From the human T2T-CHM13v2.0 reference genome, Homo sapiens: a stretch of DNA of 64,000 bases. Within the stretch, counting starts at the first letter, position 1; each line of letters starts with the position of its first letter. The translations under genes were made by a program, and so were the position numbers. A model generated the notes under the pieces. That model saw only the letters and a program-made list of their open reading frames with translations. It was not told the DNA's origin and made no database searches. This document shows positions 26,701-41,200 of this stretch, piece by piece. The DNA lies in assembly GCF_009914755.1 (NCBI RefSeq), contig NC_060927.1. One strand, written 5' to 3'.

Positions 26701-29700
26701 TACTGAGAATTCTTTTGTCAAGAATTATAAGAAGAAATCCCGTTTCCAACGAAGGCCTCAAAGAGTTCCAAATATCCACTTGCACACTGTACAAACTAAG
26801 TCTTTCCAAACTGCTCTATGCAAAGAAATGTTCAACTCTGTGAGTTTAATGCACACATCACAAAGCAGTTTCTGAGAATGATTCCCTCTAGTTTTTATAC
26901 GAAGATAGCCTTTTCTACCATTGGCCTCAAGGCTCTTGGAATCTCCACCTGAAAATTCCGCAAAAAGCGTGTTTCCAATCCGCTCTGTCTAAAGGAAGGT
27001 TCAACTCTCTGAGTTGAATACATACATCCCAAAAGAAGTTACTGAGAATTCTTCTGTCTAGCATTATGTGAAGAAATCCCGTTTCCAACGAAAGCCTCAA
27101 AGAGGTCCAAATATCCAGTTGCAGAATTTACAAACTGACTGTTTCCAAACTCATCTATGAAAAGAAAGGTTAAACTCTGTGAGTTGAATGCACATATCAC
27201 AAAGTAGTTCCTGACAATGACTCTGTCTAGTTTTTATACGAAGATATTCCCTTTTCCACCAATGGCCACAAAGTGCTTGAAATCTCCCCTTGCAAATTCC
27301 ACAGAAAAGTGTTTCAAATCTGTACTGTCTGAAGGAAGGTTCAACCCTGTGAGTTGAATACACACACACAGAAAAAAATTCACTGAGAATTCTATTGTCT
27401 ATCATTACCCGAAGAAATCCCGTTTACTACGAAGGCCTCAAAGAGGTCCAAATATCCAGCTGCAGACATTCCAAACTGACTGTTTCCAAAGTGCTCTATG
27501 AAAAGAAGTGTTAAACACTGTGAGTTCAATGCACACATCCCAAAGCAGTTTCTGAGAATGATTCCGTCTATTTTTTCTACGAAGATATTTCCTTTTCTAC
27601 CGTTGGCCTCAAAGCGCTTGAAATCTCCACTTGCAAATTCCACAAAAAGAGAGTTTCAAATCTGCTCTGTCTAAAGGAAGGTTCAACTCTGTGAGTTGAA
27701 TACACACCACAAAAAGAAGTTACTGAGAATTCTTCTGTCTAGCATTATATGAAAAATCCCGTTTCCAACGAAGGCCACAAAGAGGTCCAAATATCCACTT
27801 GCAGATTCTGAAAAAAGAGTGTCTCCAAACTGCTCTATGAAAAGAAACGTTAAACTCTGTGAGTTGAACGCAAACATCACAAAGTAGTTTCTGAGAATGA
27901 CTCCGTCTAGTTTTTATACGAAGATATTTCCTTTTCTACCGTTGGCCTGAAAGCGCTTGAAGTCTCCCCCTGAAAATTCCACAAAAAGTGTTTCCAATCT
28001 GCTCCGCCTAAAGGAAGCTTCAACTCTGTGAGTTGAATACCCACAACACAAAGAAGTTACTGAGAATTCTTCTGTCTAGCATTATATGAAGAAATCCCGT
28101 TTCCAACGAAGGCCTCAAATACATCCAAATATCCAGTGGCTGACTTTACAAACTGAGTGTTTCCAAACTGCTCTATGAAAGGAAAGGTTAAACACTGTGA
28201 GTTGAACACACACGTACCAAAGTAGTTTCTGAGAATGATTCTGTCTAGTTGGCATACGAAGATATTTCCTTTTCTACCATTGGCCTCAATGCTTTGAAAT
28301 CTCCACTTGCAAATTCCACAAAAAGAGAGTTTCATATCTGCTGTTTCTAAAGGAAAGTTCAACTCTGAGAGTTGAATACACACCAGAAAAACCAGTTACT
28401 GAGAAGTCTTCTGTCTAGCATTATATGAAGAAATCCCATTTCCAACGAAGACTTCAAAGAGGTCCAAATATCCACTTCCAGATTCCGCAAAAAGGGTGTT
28501 TCGAAACAACTGTATGAAAAGAAAGGTTAAACACTGTGAGTTGAAGGCACACATTGCAAAGCAGTTTCTGAGAATGATTCCATCTAATTATTATACGAAG
28601 GTATTTCCTTTTCTATCATGGGCCTCAAAGCGCTTGATACCTCCACGTGAACATTCCACAAAAAGAGTGTTTCCAATCTACTCTGTCTAAGGGAACGTTC
28701 AACTCTGTGAGTTGAGTACACACACACAGAAAGAATTCACTGAGAGTTCTTCTGTCTGGGATTACATGAAGAAATCCCGTTTCCAACGAAGGCCTCAAAG
28801 AGGTCCAAATATCCACTTGCAGATTCTGGAAAAAGAGTGTTTCAAAACCGCTCTATGAAAAGGAATGTTGAACTCTGTGAGTTGAATGCAAACATCACAA
28901 CTCAGTTTCTGAGAATGCTTCTGACTAGATTTTATGGTCAGATATTTCCTTTTCTACCGTAGGCCTCAATGCCCTCTAAATACACCCTTGCAAATTCTAC
29001 AAAGAGACTGTTTAATAACTGCTCTATAGGAAGAAAGGTTGAACTCTGTGAGTTGAATGCAGAGATCACAACGTGGTTTCGGCGAATGATTCTTTGCAGT
29101 TTTTACATGAAGATATTTCGTTGTCTACCGTAGGCTTCAAAGCACTCAAAGTATTCACTTGGAACTTTTACAAAAAGAGTGTTAGAAAACTGCTCTTTCC
29201 GAAGTAAGGTTCAACTCTGTGAGTTGAATGCACACATAACAAACAAGAAGTTTCTGAGAATTCTTCTGTCCTGGTTTATATGAAAAAATCCCGTTTCCAA
29301 CGAAGGCCTCAAAGACGTTTAAATATCCTCTTGCAGACTTCACAAACAGAGTGTTTCCAAACTGCTCTATGAAAAGAAAGGTTAAACTCTGTGAGTTGAA
29401 CGCACACATCACAAAGTAGTTTCTGAGAATGATACTGTCTAGTTTTTATACGGAGATATTTCCTTTCCTACCATTGGCGTCAAAGCGCTAGAATTCTCCA
29501 CTTGCAAATTCCACAAAAAGTGGGTTTCCAATCTGCTCTGCCTAAAGGAAGGTTCAACTCTGTGAGTTGAATACACACACACAAAGAAGCTACTGAGAAT
29601 TCTTTTGTCAAGAATTATAAGAAGAAATCCCGTTTCCAACGAAGGCCTCAAAGAGTTCCAAATATCCACTTGCACACTGTACAAACTAAGTCTTTCCAAA

Positions 29701-32700
29701 CTGCTCTATGCAAAGAAATGTTCAACTCTGTGAGTTTAATGCACACATCACAAAGCAGTTTCTGAGAATGATTCCCTCTAGTTTTTATACGAAGATAGCC
29801 TTTTCTACCATTGGCCTCAAGGCTCTTGGAATCTCCACCTGAAAATTCCGCAAAAAGCGTGTTTCCAATCCGCTCTGTCTAAAGGAAGGTTCAACTCTCT
29901 GAGTTGAATACATACATCCCAAAAGAAGTTACTGAGAATTCTTCTGTCTAGCATTATGTGAAGAAATCCCGTTTCCAACGAAAGCCTCAAAGAGGTCCAA
30001 ATATCCAGTTGCAGAATTTACAAACTGACTGTTTCCAAACTCATCTATGAAAAGAAAGGTTAAACTCTGTGAGTTGAATGCACATATCACAAAGTAGTTC
30101 CTGACAATGACTCTGTCTAGTTTTTATACGAAGATATTCCCTTTTCCACCAATGGCCACAAAGTGCTTGAAATCTCCCCTTGCAAATTCCACAGAAAAGT
30201 GTTTCAAATCTGTACTGTCTGAAGGAAGGTTCAACCCTGTGAGTTGAATACACACACACAGAAAAAAATTCACTGAGAATTCTATTGTCTATCATTACCC
30301 GAAGAAATCCCGTTTACTACGAAGGCCTCAAAGAGGTCCAAATATCCAGCTGCAGACATTCCAAACTGACTGTTTCCAAAGTGCTCTATGAAAAGAAGTG
30401 TTAAACACTGTGAGTTCAATGCACACATCCCAAAGCAGTTTCTGAGAATGATTCCGTCTATTTTTTCTACGAAGATATTTCCTTTTCTACCGTTGGCCTC
30501 AAAGCGCTTGAAATCTCCACTTGCAAATTCCACAAAAAGAGAGTTTCAAATCTGCTCTGTCTAAAGGAAGGTTCAACTCTGTGAGTTGAATACACACCAC
30601 AAAAAGAAGTTACTGAGAATTCTTCTGTCTAGCATTATATGAAAAATCCCGTTTCCAACGAAGGCCACAAAGAGGTCCAAATATCCACTTGCAGATTCTG
30701 AAAAAAGAGTGTCTCCAAACTGCTCTATGAAAAGAAACGTTAAACTCTGTGAGTTGAACGCAAACATCACAAAGTAGTTTCTGAGAATGACTCCGTCTAG
30801 TTTTTATATGAAGATATTTCCTTTTCTACCGTTGGCCTCAAAGCGCTTGAAGTCTCCCCCTGAAAATTCCACAAAAAGTGTTTCCAATCTGCTCCGCCTA
30901 AAGGAAGCTTCAACTCTGTGAGTTGAATACCCACAACACAAAGAAGTTACTGAGAATTCTTCTGTCTAGCATTATATGAAGAAATCCCGTTTCCAACGAA
31001 GGCCTCAAATACATCCAAATATCCAGTGGCTGACTTTACAAACTGAGTGTTTCCAAACTGCTCTATGAAAGGAAAGGTTAAACACTGTGAGTTGAACACA
31101 CACGTACCAAAGTAGTTTCTGAGAATGATTCTGTCTAGTTGGCATACGAAGATATTTCCTTTTCTACCATTGGCCTCAATGCTTTGAAATCTCCACTTGC
31201 AAATTCCACAAAAAGAGAGTTTCATATCTGCTGTTTCTAAAGGAAAGTTCAACTCTGAGAGTTGAATACACACCAGAAAAACCAGTTACTGAGAAGTCTT
31301 CTGTCTAGCATTATATGAAGAAATCCCATTTCCAACGAAGACTTCAAAGAGGTCCAAATATCCACTTCCAGATTCCGCAAAAAGGGTGTTTCGAAACAAC
31401 TGTATGAAAAGAAAGGTTAAACACTGTGAGTTGAAGGCACACATTGCAAAGCAGTTTCTGAGAATGATTCCATCTAATTATTATACGAAGGTATTTCCTT
31501 TTCTATCATGGGCCTCAAAGCGCTTGATACCTCCACCTGAACATTCCACAAAAAGAGTGTTTCCAATCTACTCTGTCTAAGGGAACGTTCAACTCTGTGA
31601 GTTGAGTACACACACACAGAAAGAATTCACTGAGAGTTCTTCTGTCTGGGATTACATGAAGAAATCCCGTTTCCAACGAAGGCCTCAAAGAGGTCCAAAT
31701 ATCCACTTGCAGATTCTGGAAAAAGAGTGTTTCAAAACCGCTCTATGAAAAGGAATGTTGAACTCTGTGAGTTGAATGCAAACATCACAACTCAGTTTCT
31801 GAGAATGCTTCTGACTAGATTTTATGGTCAGATATTTCCTTTTCTACCGTAGGCCTCAATGCCCTCTAAATACACCCTTGCAAATTCTACAAAGAGACTG
31901 TTTAATAACTGCTCTATAGGAAGAAAGGTTGAACTCTGTGAGTTGAATGCAGAGATCACAACGTGGTTTCGGCGAATGATTCTTTGCAGTTTTTACATGA
32001 AGATATTTCGTTGTCTACCGTAGGCTTCAAAGCACTCAAAGTATTCACTTGGAACTTTTACAAAAAGAGTGTTAGAAAACTGCTCTTTCCGAAGTAAGGT
32101 TCAACTCTGTGAGTTGAATGCACACATAACAAACAAGAAGTTTCTGAGAATTCTTCTGTCCTGGTTTATATGAAAAAATCCCGTTTCCAACGAAGGCCTC
32201 AAAGACGTTTAAATATCCACTTGCAGACTTCACAAACAGAGTGTTTCCAAACTGCTCTATGAAAAGAAAGGTTAAACTCTGTGAGTTGAACGCACACATC
32301 ACAAAGTAGTTTCTGAGAATGATACTGTCTAGTTTTTATACGGAGATATTTCCTTTCCTACCATTGGCGTCAAAGCGCTAGAATTCTCCACTTGCAAATT
32401 CCACAAAAAGTGGGTTTCCAATCTGCTCTGCCTAAAGGAAGGTTCAACTCTGTGAGTTGAATACACACACACAAAGAAGCTACTGAGAATTCTTTTGTCA
32501 AGAATTATAAGAAGAAATCCCGTTTCCAACGAAGGCCTCAAAGAGTTCCAAATATCCACTTGCACACTGTACAAACTAAGTCTTTCCAAACTGCTCTATG
32601 CAAAGAAATGTTCAACTCTGTGAGTTTAATGCACACATCACAAAGCAGTTTCTGAGAATGATTCCCTCTAGTTTTTATACGAAGATAGCCTTTTCTACCA

Positions 32701-33423
32701 TTGGCCTCAAGGCTCTTGGAATCTCCACCTGAAAATTCCGCAAAAAGCGTGTTTCCAATCCGCTCTGTCTAAAGGAAGGTTCAACTCTCTGAGTTGAATA
32801 CATACATCCCAAAAGAAGTTACTGAGAATTCTTCTGTCTAGCATTATGTGAAGAAATCCCGTTTCCAACGAAAGCCTCAAAGAGGTCCAAATATCCAGTT
32901 GCAGAATTTACAAACTGACTGTTTCCAAACTCATCTATGAAAAGAAAGGTTAAACTCTGTGAGTTGAATGCACATATCACAAAGTAGTTCCTGACAATGA
33001 CTCTGTCTAGTTTTTATACGAAGATATTCCCTTTTCCACCAATGGCCACAAAGTGCTTGAAATCTCCCCTTGCAAATTCCACAGAAAAGTGTTTCAAATC
33101 TGTACTGTCTGAAGGAAGGTTCAACCCTGTGAGTTGAATACACACACACAGAAAAAAATTCACTGAGAATTCTATGGTCTATCATTACCCGAAGAAATCC
33201 CGTTTACTACGAAGGCCTCAAAGAGGTCCAAATATCCAGCTGCAGACATTCCAAACTGACTGTTTCCAAAGTGCTCTATGAAAAGAAGTGTTAAACACTG
33301 TGAGTTCAATGCACACATCCCAAAGCAGTTTCTGAGAATGATTCCGTCTATTTTTTCTACGAAGATATTTCCTTTTCTACCGTTGGCCTCAAAGCGCTTG
33401 AAATCTCCACTTGCAAATTCCAC

Positions 33424-35215
33424 GAAAAGAGAGTTTCAAATCTGCTCTGTCTAAAGGAAGGTTCAACTCTGTGAGTTGAATAAACACCACAAAAAGAAGT
33501 TACTGAGAATTCTTCTGTCTAGCATTATATGAAAAATCCCGTTTCCAACGAAGGCCACAAAGAGGTCCAAATATCCACTTGCCGATTCTGCAAAAAGAGT
33601 GTTTCCAAACTGCTCTATGAAAAGAAACGTTAAACTCTGTGAGTTGAACGCAAACATCACAAAGTAGTTTCTGAGAATGACTCCGTCTAGTTTTTATACG
33701 AAGATATTTCCTTTTCTACCGTTGGCCTCAAAGCGCTTGAAGTCTCCACCTGAAAATTCCACAAAAAGTGTTTCCAATCTGCTCCGCCTAAAGGAAGCTT
33801 CAGCTCTGTGAGTTGAATACCCGCAACCCAAAGAAGTTACTGAGAATTCTTCTGTCTAGCATTACATGAAGAAATCCCGTTTCCAACGAAGGCCTCAAAT
33901 ACATCCAGATATCCAGTTGCTGACTTTACAAACTGAGTGTTTCCAAACTGCACTATGAAAGGAAAGGTTAAACACTGTGAGTTGAACACACACGTACCAA
34001 AGTAGTTTCTGAGAATGATTCTGTCTAGTTTGCATACGAAGATATTTCCTTTTCTACCATTGGCCTCAAAGCTTTGAAATCTCCACTTGCAAATTCCACA
34101 AAAAGAGAGTTTGAAATCTGCTGTTTCTAAAGGAAAGTTCAACTCTGAGAGTTGAATACACACCAGAAAAAGCAGTTACTGAGAAGTCTTCTGTCTAGCA
34201 TTATATGAAGAAATCCCATTTCCAACGAAGACTTCAAAGAGGTCCAAATATCCACTTGCAGATTCTGCAAAAAGAGTGTTTCGAAACAACTGTATGAAAA
34301 GAAAGATTAAACGCTGTGAGTTGAAGGCACACATTGCAAAGCAGTTTCTGAGAATGATTCCGTGTAATTATTATACGAAGGTATTTCCTTTTCTATCATG
34401 GGCCTCAAAGCGCTTGATACCTCCACCTGAAAATTCCACAAAAAGAGTGTTTCCAATCTACTCTGTCTAAAGGAACGTTCAACTCTGTGAGTTGAATACA
34501 CACACACAGAAAGAATTCACTGAGAGTTCTTCTGTCTGGCATTACATGAAGAAATCCCGTTTCCAACGAAGGCCTCAAAGAGGTCCAAATATTCACTTGC
34601 AGATTCTGCAAAAAGAGTGTTTCAAAACCGCTCCATGAAAAGGAGTGTTGAACTCTGTGAGTTGAATGCAAACATCACAACTCAGTTTCTGAGAATGCTT
34701 CTGACTAGATTTTATGGTCAGATATTTCCTTTTCTACCGTAGGCCTCAATGCCCTCTAAATACACCCTTGCAAATTCTACAAAGAGACTGTTTAATAACT
34801 GCTCTATAGGAAGAAAGGTTGAACTCTGTGAGTTGAATGCAGAGATCACAACGTGGTTTCTGCGAATGATTCTTTGTAGTTTTTACATGAAGATATTTCG
34901 TTGTCTACCGTAGGCTTCAAAGCACTCAAAATATTCACTTGGAACTTTTACAAAAACAGTGTTAGAAAACTGCTCTTTCCAAAGTAAGGTTCAACTCTGT
35001 GAGTTGAATGCACACATAACAAACAAGAAGTTTCTGAGAATTCTTCTGTCCTGGTTTATATGAAAAAATCCCGTTTCCAACGAAGGCCTCAAAGACGTTT
35101 AAATATCCACTTGCAGACTTCACAAACAGAGTGTTTCCAAACTGCTCTATGAAAAGAAAGGTTAAACTCTGTGAGTTGAACGCACACATCACAAAGTAGT
35201 TTCTGAGAATGATAG
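33424..35215. repeat. A-type haplotype patch, copy of 7414-9205 (+9 HORs)
   Basis: Shares rare alleles TAAACACCAC, AGTCTCCACC, CCGCAACCCA, CACTATG, TTGAAATC, GAAAGATTAA, CGTGTAATT, ATTCACTTGC, AGGAGTG, TGCGAATG, CAAAAACAGT, GATAGTG. Offset 26,010 bp. Confidence 0.9.
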
Positions 35216-38200
35216 TGTCTAGTTTTTATACGGAGATATTTCCTTTCCTACCATTGGCGTCAAAGCGCTAGAATTCTCCACTTGCAAATTCCACAAAAAG
35301 TGGGTTTCCAATCTGCTCTGCCTAAAGGAAGGTTCAACTCTGTGAGTTGAATACACACACACAAAGAAGCTACTGAGAATTCTTTTGTCAAGAATTATAA
35401 GAAGAAATCCCGTTTCCAACGAAGGCCTCAAAGAGTTCCAAATATCCACTTGCACACTGTACAAACTAAGTCTTTCCAAACTGCTCTATGCAAAGAAATG
35501 TTCAACTCTGTGAGTTTAATGCACACATCACAAAGCAGTTTCTGAGAATGATTCCCTCTAGTTTTTATACGAAGATAGCCTTTTCTACCATTGGCCTCAA
35601 GGCTCTTGGAATCTCCACCTGAAAATTCCGCAAAAAGCGTGTTTCCAATCCGCTCTGTCTAAAGGAAGGTTCAACTCTCTGAGTTGAATACATACATCCC
35701 AAAAGAAGTTACTGAGAATTCTTCTGTCTAGCATTATGTGAAGAAATCCCGTTTCCAACGAAAGCCTCAAAGAGGTCCAAATATCCAGTTGCAGAATTTA
35801 CAAACTGACTGTTTCCAAACTCATCTATGAAAAGAAAGGTTAAACTCTGTGAGTTGAATGCACATATCACAAAGTAGTTCCTGACAATGACTCTGTCTAG
35901 TTTTTATACGAAGATATTCCCTTTTCCACCAATGGCCACAAAGTGCTTGAAATCTCCCCTTGCAAATTCCACAGAAAAGTGTTTCAAATCTGTACTGTCT
36001 GAAGGAAGGTTCAACCCTGTGAGTTGAATACACACACACAGAAAAAAATTCACTGAGAATTCTATTGTCTATCATTACCCGAAGAAATCCCGTTTACTAC
36101 GAAGGCCTCAAAGAGGTCCAAATATCCAGCTGCAGACATTCCAAACTGACTGTTTCCAAAGTGCTCTATGAAAAGAAGTGTTAAACACTGTGAGTTCAAT
36201 GCACACATCCCAAAGCAGTTTCTGAGAATGATTCCGTCTATTTTTTCTACGAAGATATTTCCTTTTCTACCGTTGGCCTCAAAGCGCTTGAAATCTCCAC
36301 TTGCAAATTCCACAAAAAGAGAGTTTCAAATCTGCTCTGTCTAAAGGAAGGTTCAACTCTGTGAGTTGAATACACACCACAAAAAGAAGTTACTGAGAAT
36401 TCTTCTGTCTAGCATTATATGAAAAATCCCGTTTCCAACGAAGGCCACAAAGAGGTCCAAATATCCACTTGCAGATTCTGAAAAAAGAGTGTCTCCAAAC
36501 TGCTCTATGAAAAGAAACGTTAAACTCTGTGAGTTGAACGCAAACATCACAAAGTAGTTTCTGAGAATGACTCCGTCTAGTTTTTATACGAAGATATTTC
36601 CTTTTCTACCGTTGGCCTCAAAGCGCTTGAAGTCTCCCCCTGAAAATTCCACAAAAAGTGTTTCCAATCTGCTCCGCCTAAAGGAAACTTCAACTCTGTG
36701 AGTTGAATACCCACAACACAAAGAAGTTACTGAGAATTCTTCTGTCTAGCATTATATGAAGAAATCCCGTTTCCAACGAAGGCCTCAAATACATCCAAAT
36801 ATCCAGTGGCTGACTTTACAAACTGAGTGTTTCCAAACTGCTCTATGAAAGGAAAGGTTAAACACTGTGAGTTGAACACACACGTACCAAAGTAGTTTCT
36901 GAGAATGATTCTGTCTAGTTGGCATACGAAGATATTTCCTTTTCTACCATTGGCCTCAATGCTTTGAAATCTCCACTTGCAAATTCCACAAAAAGAGAGT
37001 TTCATATCTGCTGTTTCTAAAGGAAAGTTCAACTCTGAGAGTTGAATACACACCAGAAAAACCAGTTACTGAGAAGTCTTCTGTCTAGCATTATATGAAG
37101 AAATCCCATTTCCAACGAAGACTTCAAAGAGGTCCAAATATCCACTTCCAGATTCCGCAAAAAGGGTGTTTCGAAACAACTGTATGAAAAGAAAGGTTAA
37201 ACACTGTGAGTTGAAGGCACACATTGCAAAGCAGTTTCTGAGAATGATTCCATCTAATTATTATACGAAGGTATTTCCTTTTCTATCATGGGCCTCAAAG
37301 CGCTTGATACCTCCACGTGAACATTCCACAAAAAGAGTGTTTCCAATCTACTCTGTCTAAGGGAACGTTCAACTCTGTGAGTTGAGTACACACACACAGA
37401 AAGAATTCACTGAGAGTTCTTCTGTCTGGGATTACATGAAGAAATCCCGTTTCCAACGAAGGCCTCAAAGAGGTCCAAATATCCACTTGCAGATTCTGGA
37501 AAAAGAGTGTTTCAAAACCGCTCTATGAAAAGGAATGTTGAACTCTGTGAGTTGAATGCAAACATCACAACTCAGTTTCTGAGAATGCTTCTGACTAGAT
37601 TTTATGGTCAGATATTTCCTTTTCTACCGTAGGCCTCAATGCCCTCTAAATACACCCTTGCAAATTCTACAAAGAGACTGTTTAATAACTGCTCTATAGG
37701 AAGAAAGGTTGAACTCTGTGAGTTGAATGCAGAGATCACAACGTGGTTTCGGCGAATGATTCTTTGCAGTTTTTACATGAAGATATTTCGTTGTCTACCG
37801 TAGGCTTCAAAGCACTCAAAGTATTCACTTGGAACTTTTACAAAAAGAGTGTTAGAAAACTGCTCTTTCCGAAGTAAGGTTCAACTCTGTGAGTTGAATG
37901 CACACATAACAAACAAGAAGTTTCTGAGAATTCTTCTGTCCTGGTTTATATGAAAAAATCCCGTTTCCAACGAAGGCCTCAAAGACGTTTAAATATCCTC
38001 TTGCAGACTTCACAAACAGAGTGTTTCCAAACTGCTCTATGAAAAGAAAGGTTAAACTCTGTGAGTTGAACGCACACATCACAAAGTAGTTTCTGAGAAT
38101 GATACTGTCTAGTTTTTATACGGAGATATTTCCTTTCCTACCATTGGCGTCAAAGCGCTAGAATTCTCCACTTGCAAATTCCACAAAAAGTGGGTTTCCA

Positions 38201-41200
38201 ATCTGCTCTGCCTAAAGGAAGGTTCAACTCTGTGAGTTGAATACACACACACAAAGAAGCTACTGAGAATTCTTTTGTCAAGAATTATAAGAAGAAATCC
38301 CGTTTCCAACGAAGGCCTCAAAGAGTTCCAAATATCCACTTGCACACTGTACAAACTAAGTCTTTCCAAACTGCTCTATGCAAAGAAATGTTCAACTCTG
38401 TGAGTTTAATGCACACATCACAAAGCAGTTTCTGAGAATGATTCCCTCTAGTTTTTATACGAAGATAGCCTTTTCTACCATTGGCCTCAAGGCTCTTGGA
38501 ATCTCCACCTGAAAATTCCGCAAAAAGCGTGTTTCCAATCCGCTCTGTCTAAAGGAAGGTTCAACTCTCTGAGTTGAATACATACATCCCAAAAGAAGTT
38601 ACTGAGAATTCTTCTGTCTAGCATTATGTGAAGAAATCCCGTTTCCAACGAAAGCCTCAATGAGGTCCAAATATCCAGTTGCAGAATTTACAAACTGACT
38701 GTTTCCAAACTCATCTATGAAAAGAAAGGTTAAACTCTGTGAGTTGAATGCACATATCACAAAGTAGTTCCTGACAATGACTCTGTCTAGTTTTTATACG
38801 AAGATATTCCCTTTTCCACCAATGGCCACAAAGTGCTTGAAATCTCCCCTTGCAAATACCACAGAAAAGTGTTTCAAATCTGTACTGTCTGAAGGAAGGT
38901 TCAACCCTGTGAGTTGAATACACACACACAGAAAAAAATTCACTGAGAATTCTATTGTCTATCAATACCCGAAGAAATCCCGTTTACTACGAAGGCCTCA
39001 AAGAGGTCCAAATATCCAGCTGCAGACATTCCAAACTGACTGTTTCCAAAGTGCTCTATGAAAAGAAGTGTTAAACACTGTGAGTTCAATGCACACATCC
39101 CAAAGCAGTTTCTGAGAATGATTCCGTCTATTTTTTCTACGAAGATATTTCCTTTTCTACCGTTGGCCTCAAAGCGCTTGAAATCTCCACTTGCAAATTC
39201 CACAAAAAGAGAGTTTCAAATCTGCTCTGTCTAAAGGAAGGTTCAACTCTGTGAGTTGAACACACACCACAAAAAGAAGTTACTGAGAATTCTTCTGTCT
39301 AGCATTATATGAAAAATCCCGTTTCCAACGAAGGCCACAAAGAGGTCCAAATATCCACTTGCAGATTCTGCAAAAAGAGTGTCTCCAAACTGCTCTATGA
39401 AAAGAAACGTTAAACTCTGTGAGTTGAACGCAAACATCACAAAGTAGTTTCTGAGAATGACTCCGTCTAGTTTTTATACGAAGATATTTCCTTTTCTACC
39501 GTTGGCCTCAAAGCGCTTGAAGTCTCCCCCTGAAAATTCCACAAAAAGTGTTTCCAATCTGCTCCGCCTAAAGGAAGCTTCAACTCTGTGAGTTGAATAC
39601 CCACAACACAAAGAAGTTACTGAGAATTCTTCTGTCTAGCATTATATGAAGAAATCCCGTTTCCAACGAAGGCCTCAAATACATCCAAATATCCAGTGGC
39701 TGACTTTACAAACTGAGTGTTTCCAAGCTGCTCTATGAAAGGAAAGGTTAAACACTGTGAGTTGAACACACACGTACCAAAGTAGTTTCTGAGAATGATT
39801 CTGTCTAGTTGGCATACGAAGATATTTCCTTTTCTACCATTGGCCTCAATGCTTTGAAATCTCCACTTGCAAATTCCACAAAAAGAGAGTTTCATATCTG
39901 CTGTTTCTAAAGGAAAGTTCAACTCTGAGAGTTGAATACACACCAGAAAAACCAGTTACTGAGAAGTCTTCTGTCTAGCATTATATGAAGAAATCCCATT
40001 TCCAACGAAGACTTCAAAGAGGTCCAAATATCCACTTCCAGATTCCGCAAAAAGGGTGTTTCGAAACAACTGTATGAAAAGAAAGGTTAAACACTGTGAG
40101 TTGAAGGCACACATTGCAAAGCAGTTTCTGAGAATGATTCCATCTAATTATTATACGAAGGTATTTCCTTTTCTATCATGGGCCTCAAAGCGCTTGATAC
40201 CTCCACGTGAACATTCCACAAAAAGAGTGTTTCCAATCTACTCTGTCTAAGGGAACGTTCAACTCTGTGAGTTGAGTACACACACACAGAAAGAATTCAC
40301 TGAGAGTTCTTCTGTCTGGGATTACATGAAGAAATCCCGTTTCCAACGAAGGCCTCAAAGAGGTCCAAATATCCACTTGCAGATTCTGGAAAAAGAGTGT
40401 TTCAAAACCGCTCTATGAAAAGGAATGTTGAACTCTGTGAGTTGAATGCAAACATCACAACTCAGTTTCTGAGAATGCTTCTGACTAGATTTTATGGTCA
40501 GATATTTCCTTTTCTACCGTAGGCCTCAATGCCCTCTAAATACACCCTTGCAAATTCTACAAAGAGACTGTTTAATAACTGCTCTATAGGAAGAAAGGTT
40601 GAACTCTGTGAGTTGAATGCAGAGATCACAACGTGGTTTCGGCGAATGATTCTTTGCAGTTTTTACATGAAGATATTTCGTTGTCTACCGTAGGCTTCAA
40701 AGCACTCAAAGTATTCACTTGGAACTTTTACAAAAAGAGTGTTAGAAAACTGCTCTTTCCGAAGTAAGGTTCAACTCTGTGAGTTGAATGCACACATAAC
40801 AAACAAGAAGTTTCTGAGAATTCTTCTGTCCTGGTTTATATGAAAAAATCCCGTTTCCAACGAAGGCCTCAAAGACGTTTAAATATCCTCTTGCAGACTT
40901 CACAAACAGAGTGTTTCCAAACTGCTCTATGAAAAGAAAGGTTAAACTCTGTGAGTTGAACGCACACATCACAAAGTAGTTTCTGAGAATGATACTGTCT
41001 AGTTTTTATACGGAGATATTTCCTTTCCTACCATTGGCGTCAAAGCGCTAGAATTCTCCACTTGCAAATTCCACAAAAAGTGGGTTTCCAATCTGCTCTG
41101 CCTAAAGGAAGGTTCAACTCTGTGAGTTGAATACACACACACAAAGAAGCTACTGAGAATTCTTTTGTCAAGAATTATAAGAAGAAATCCCGTTTCCAAC

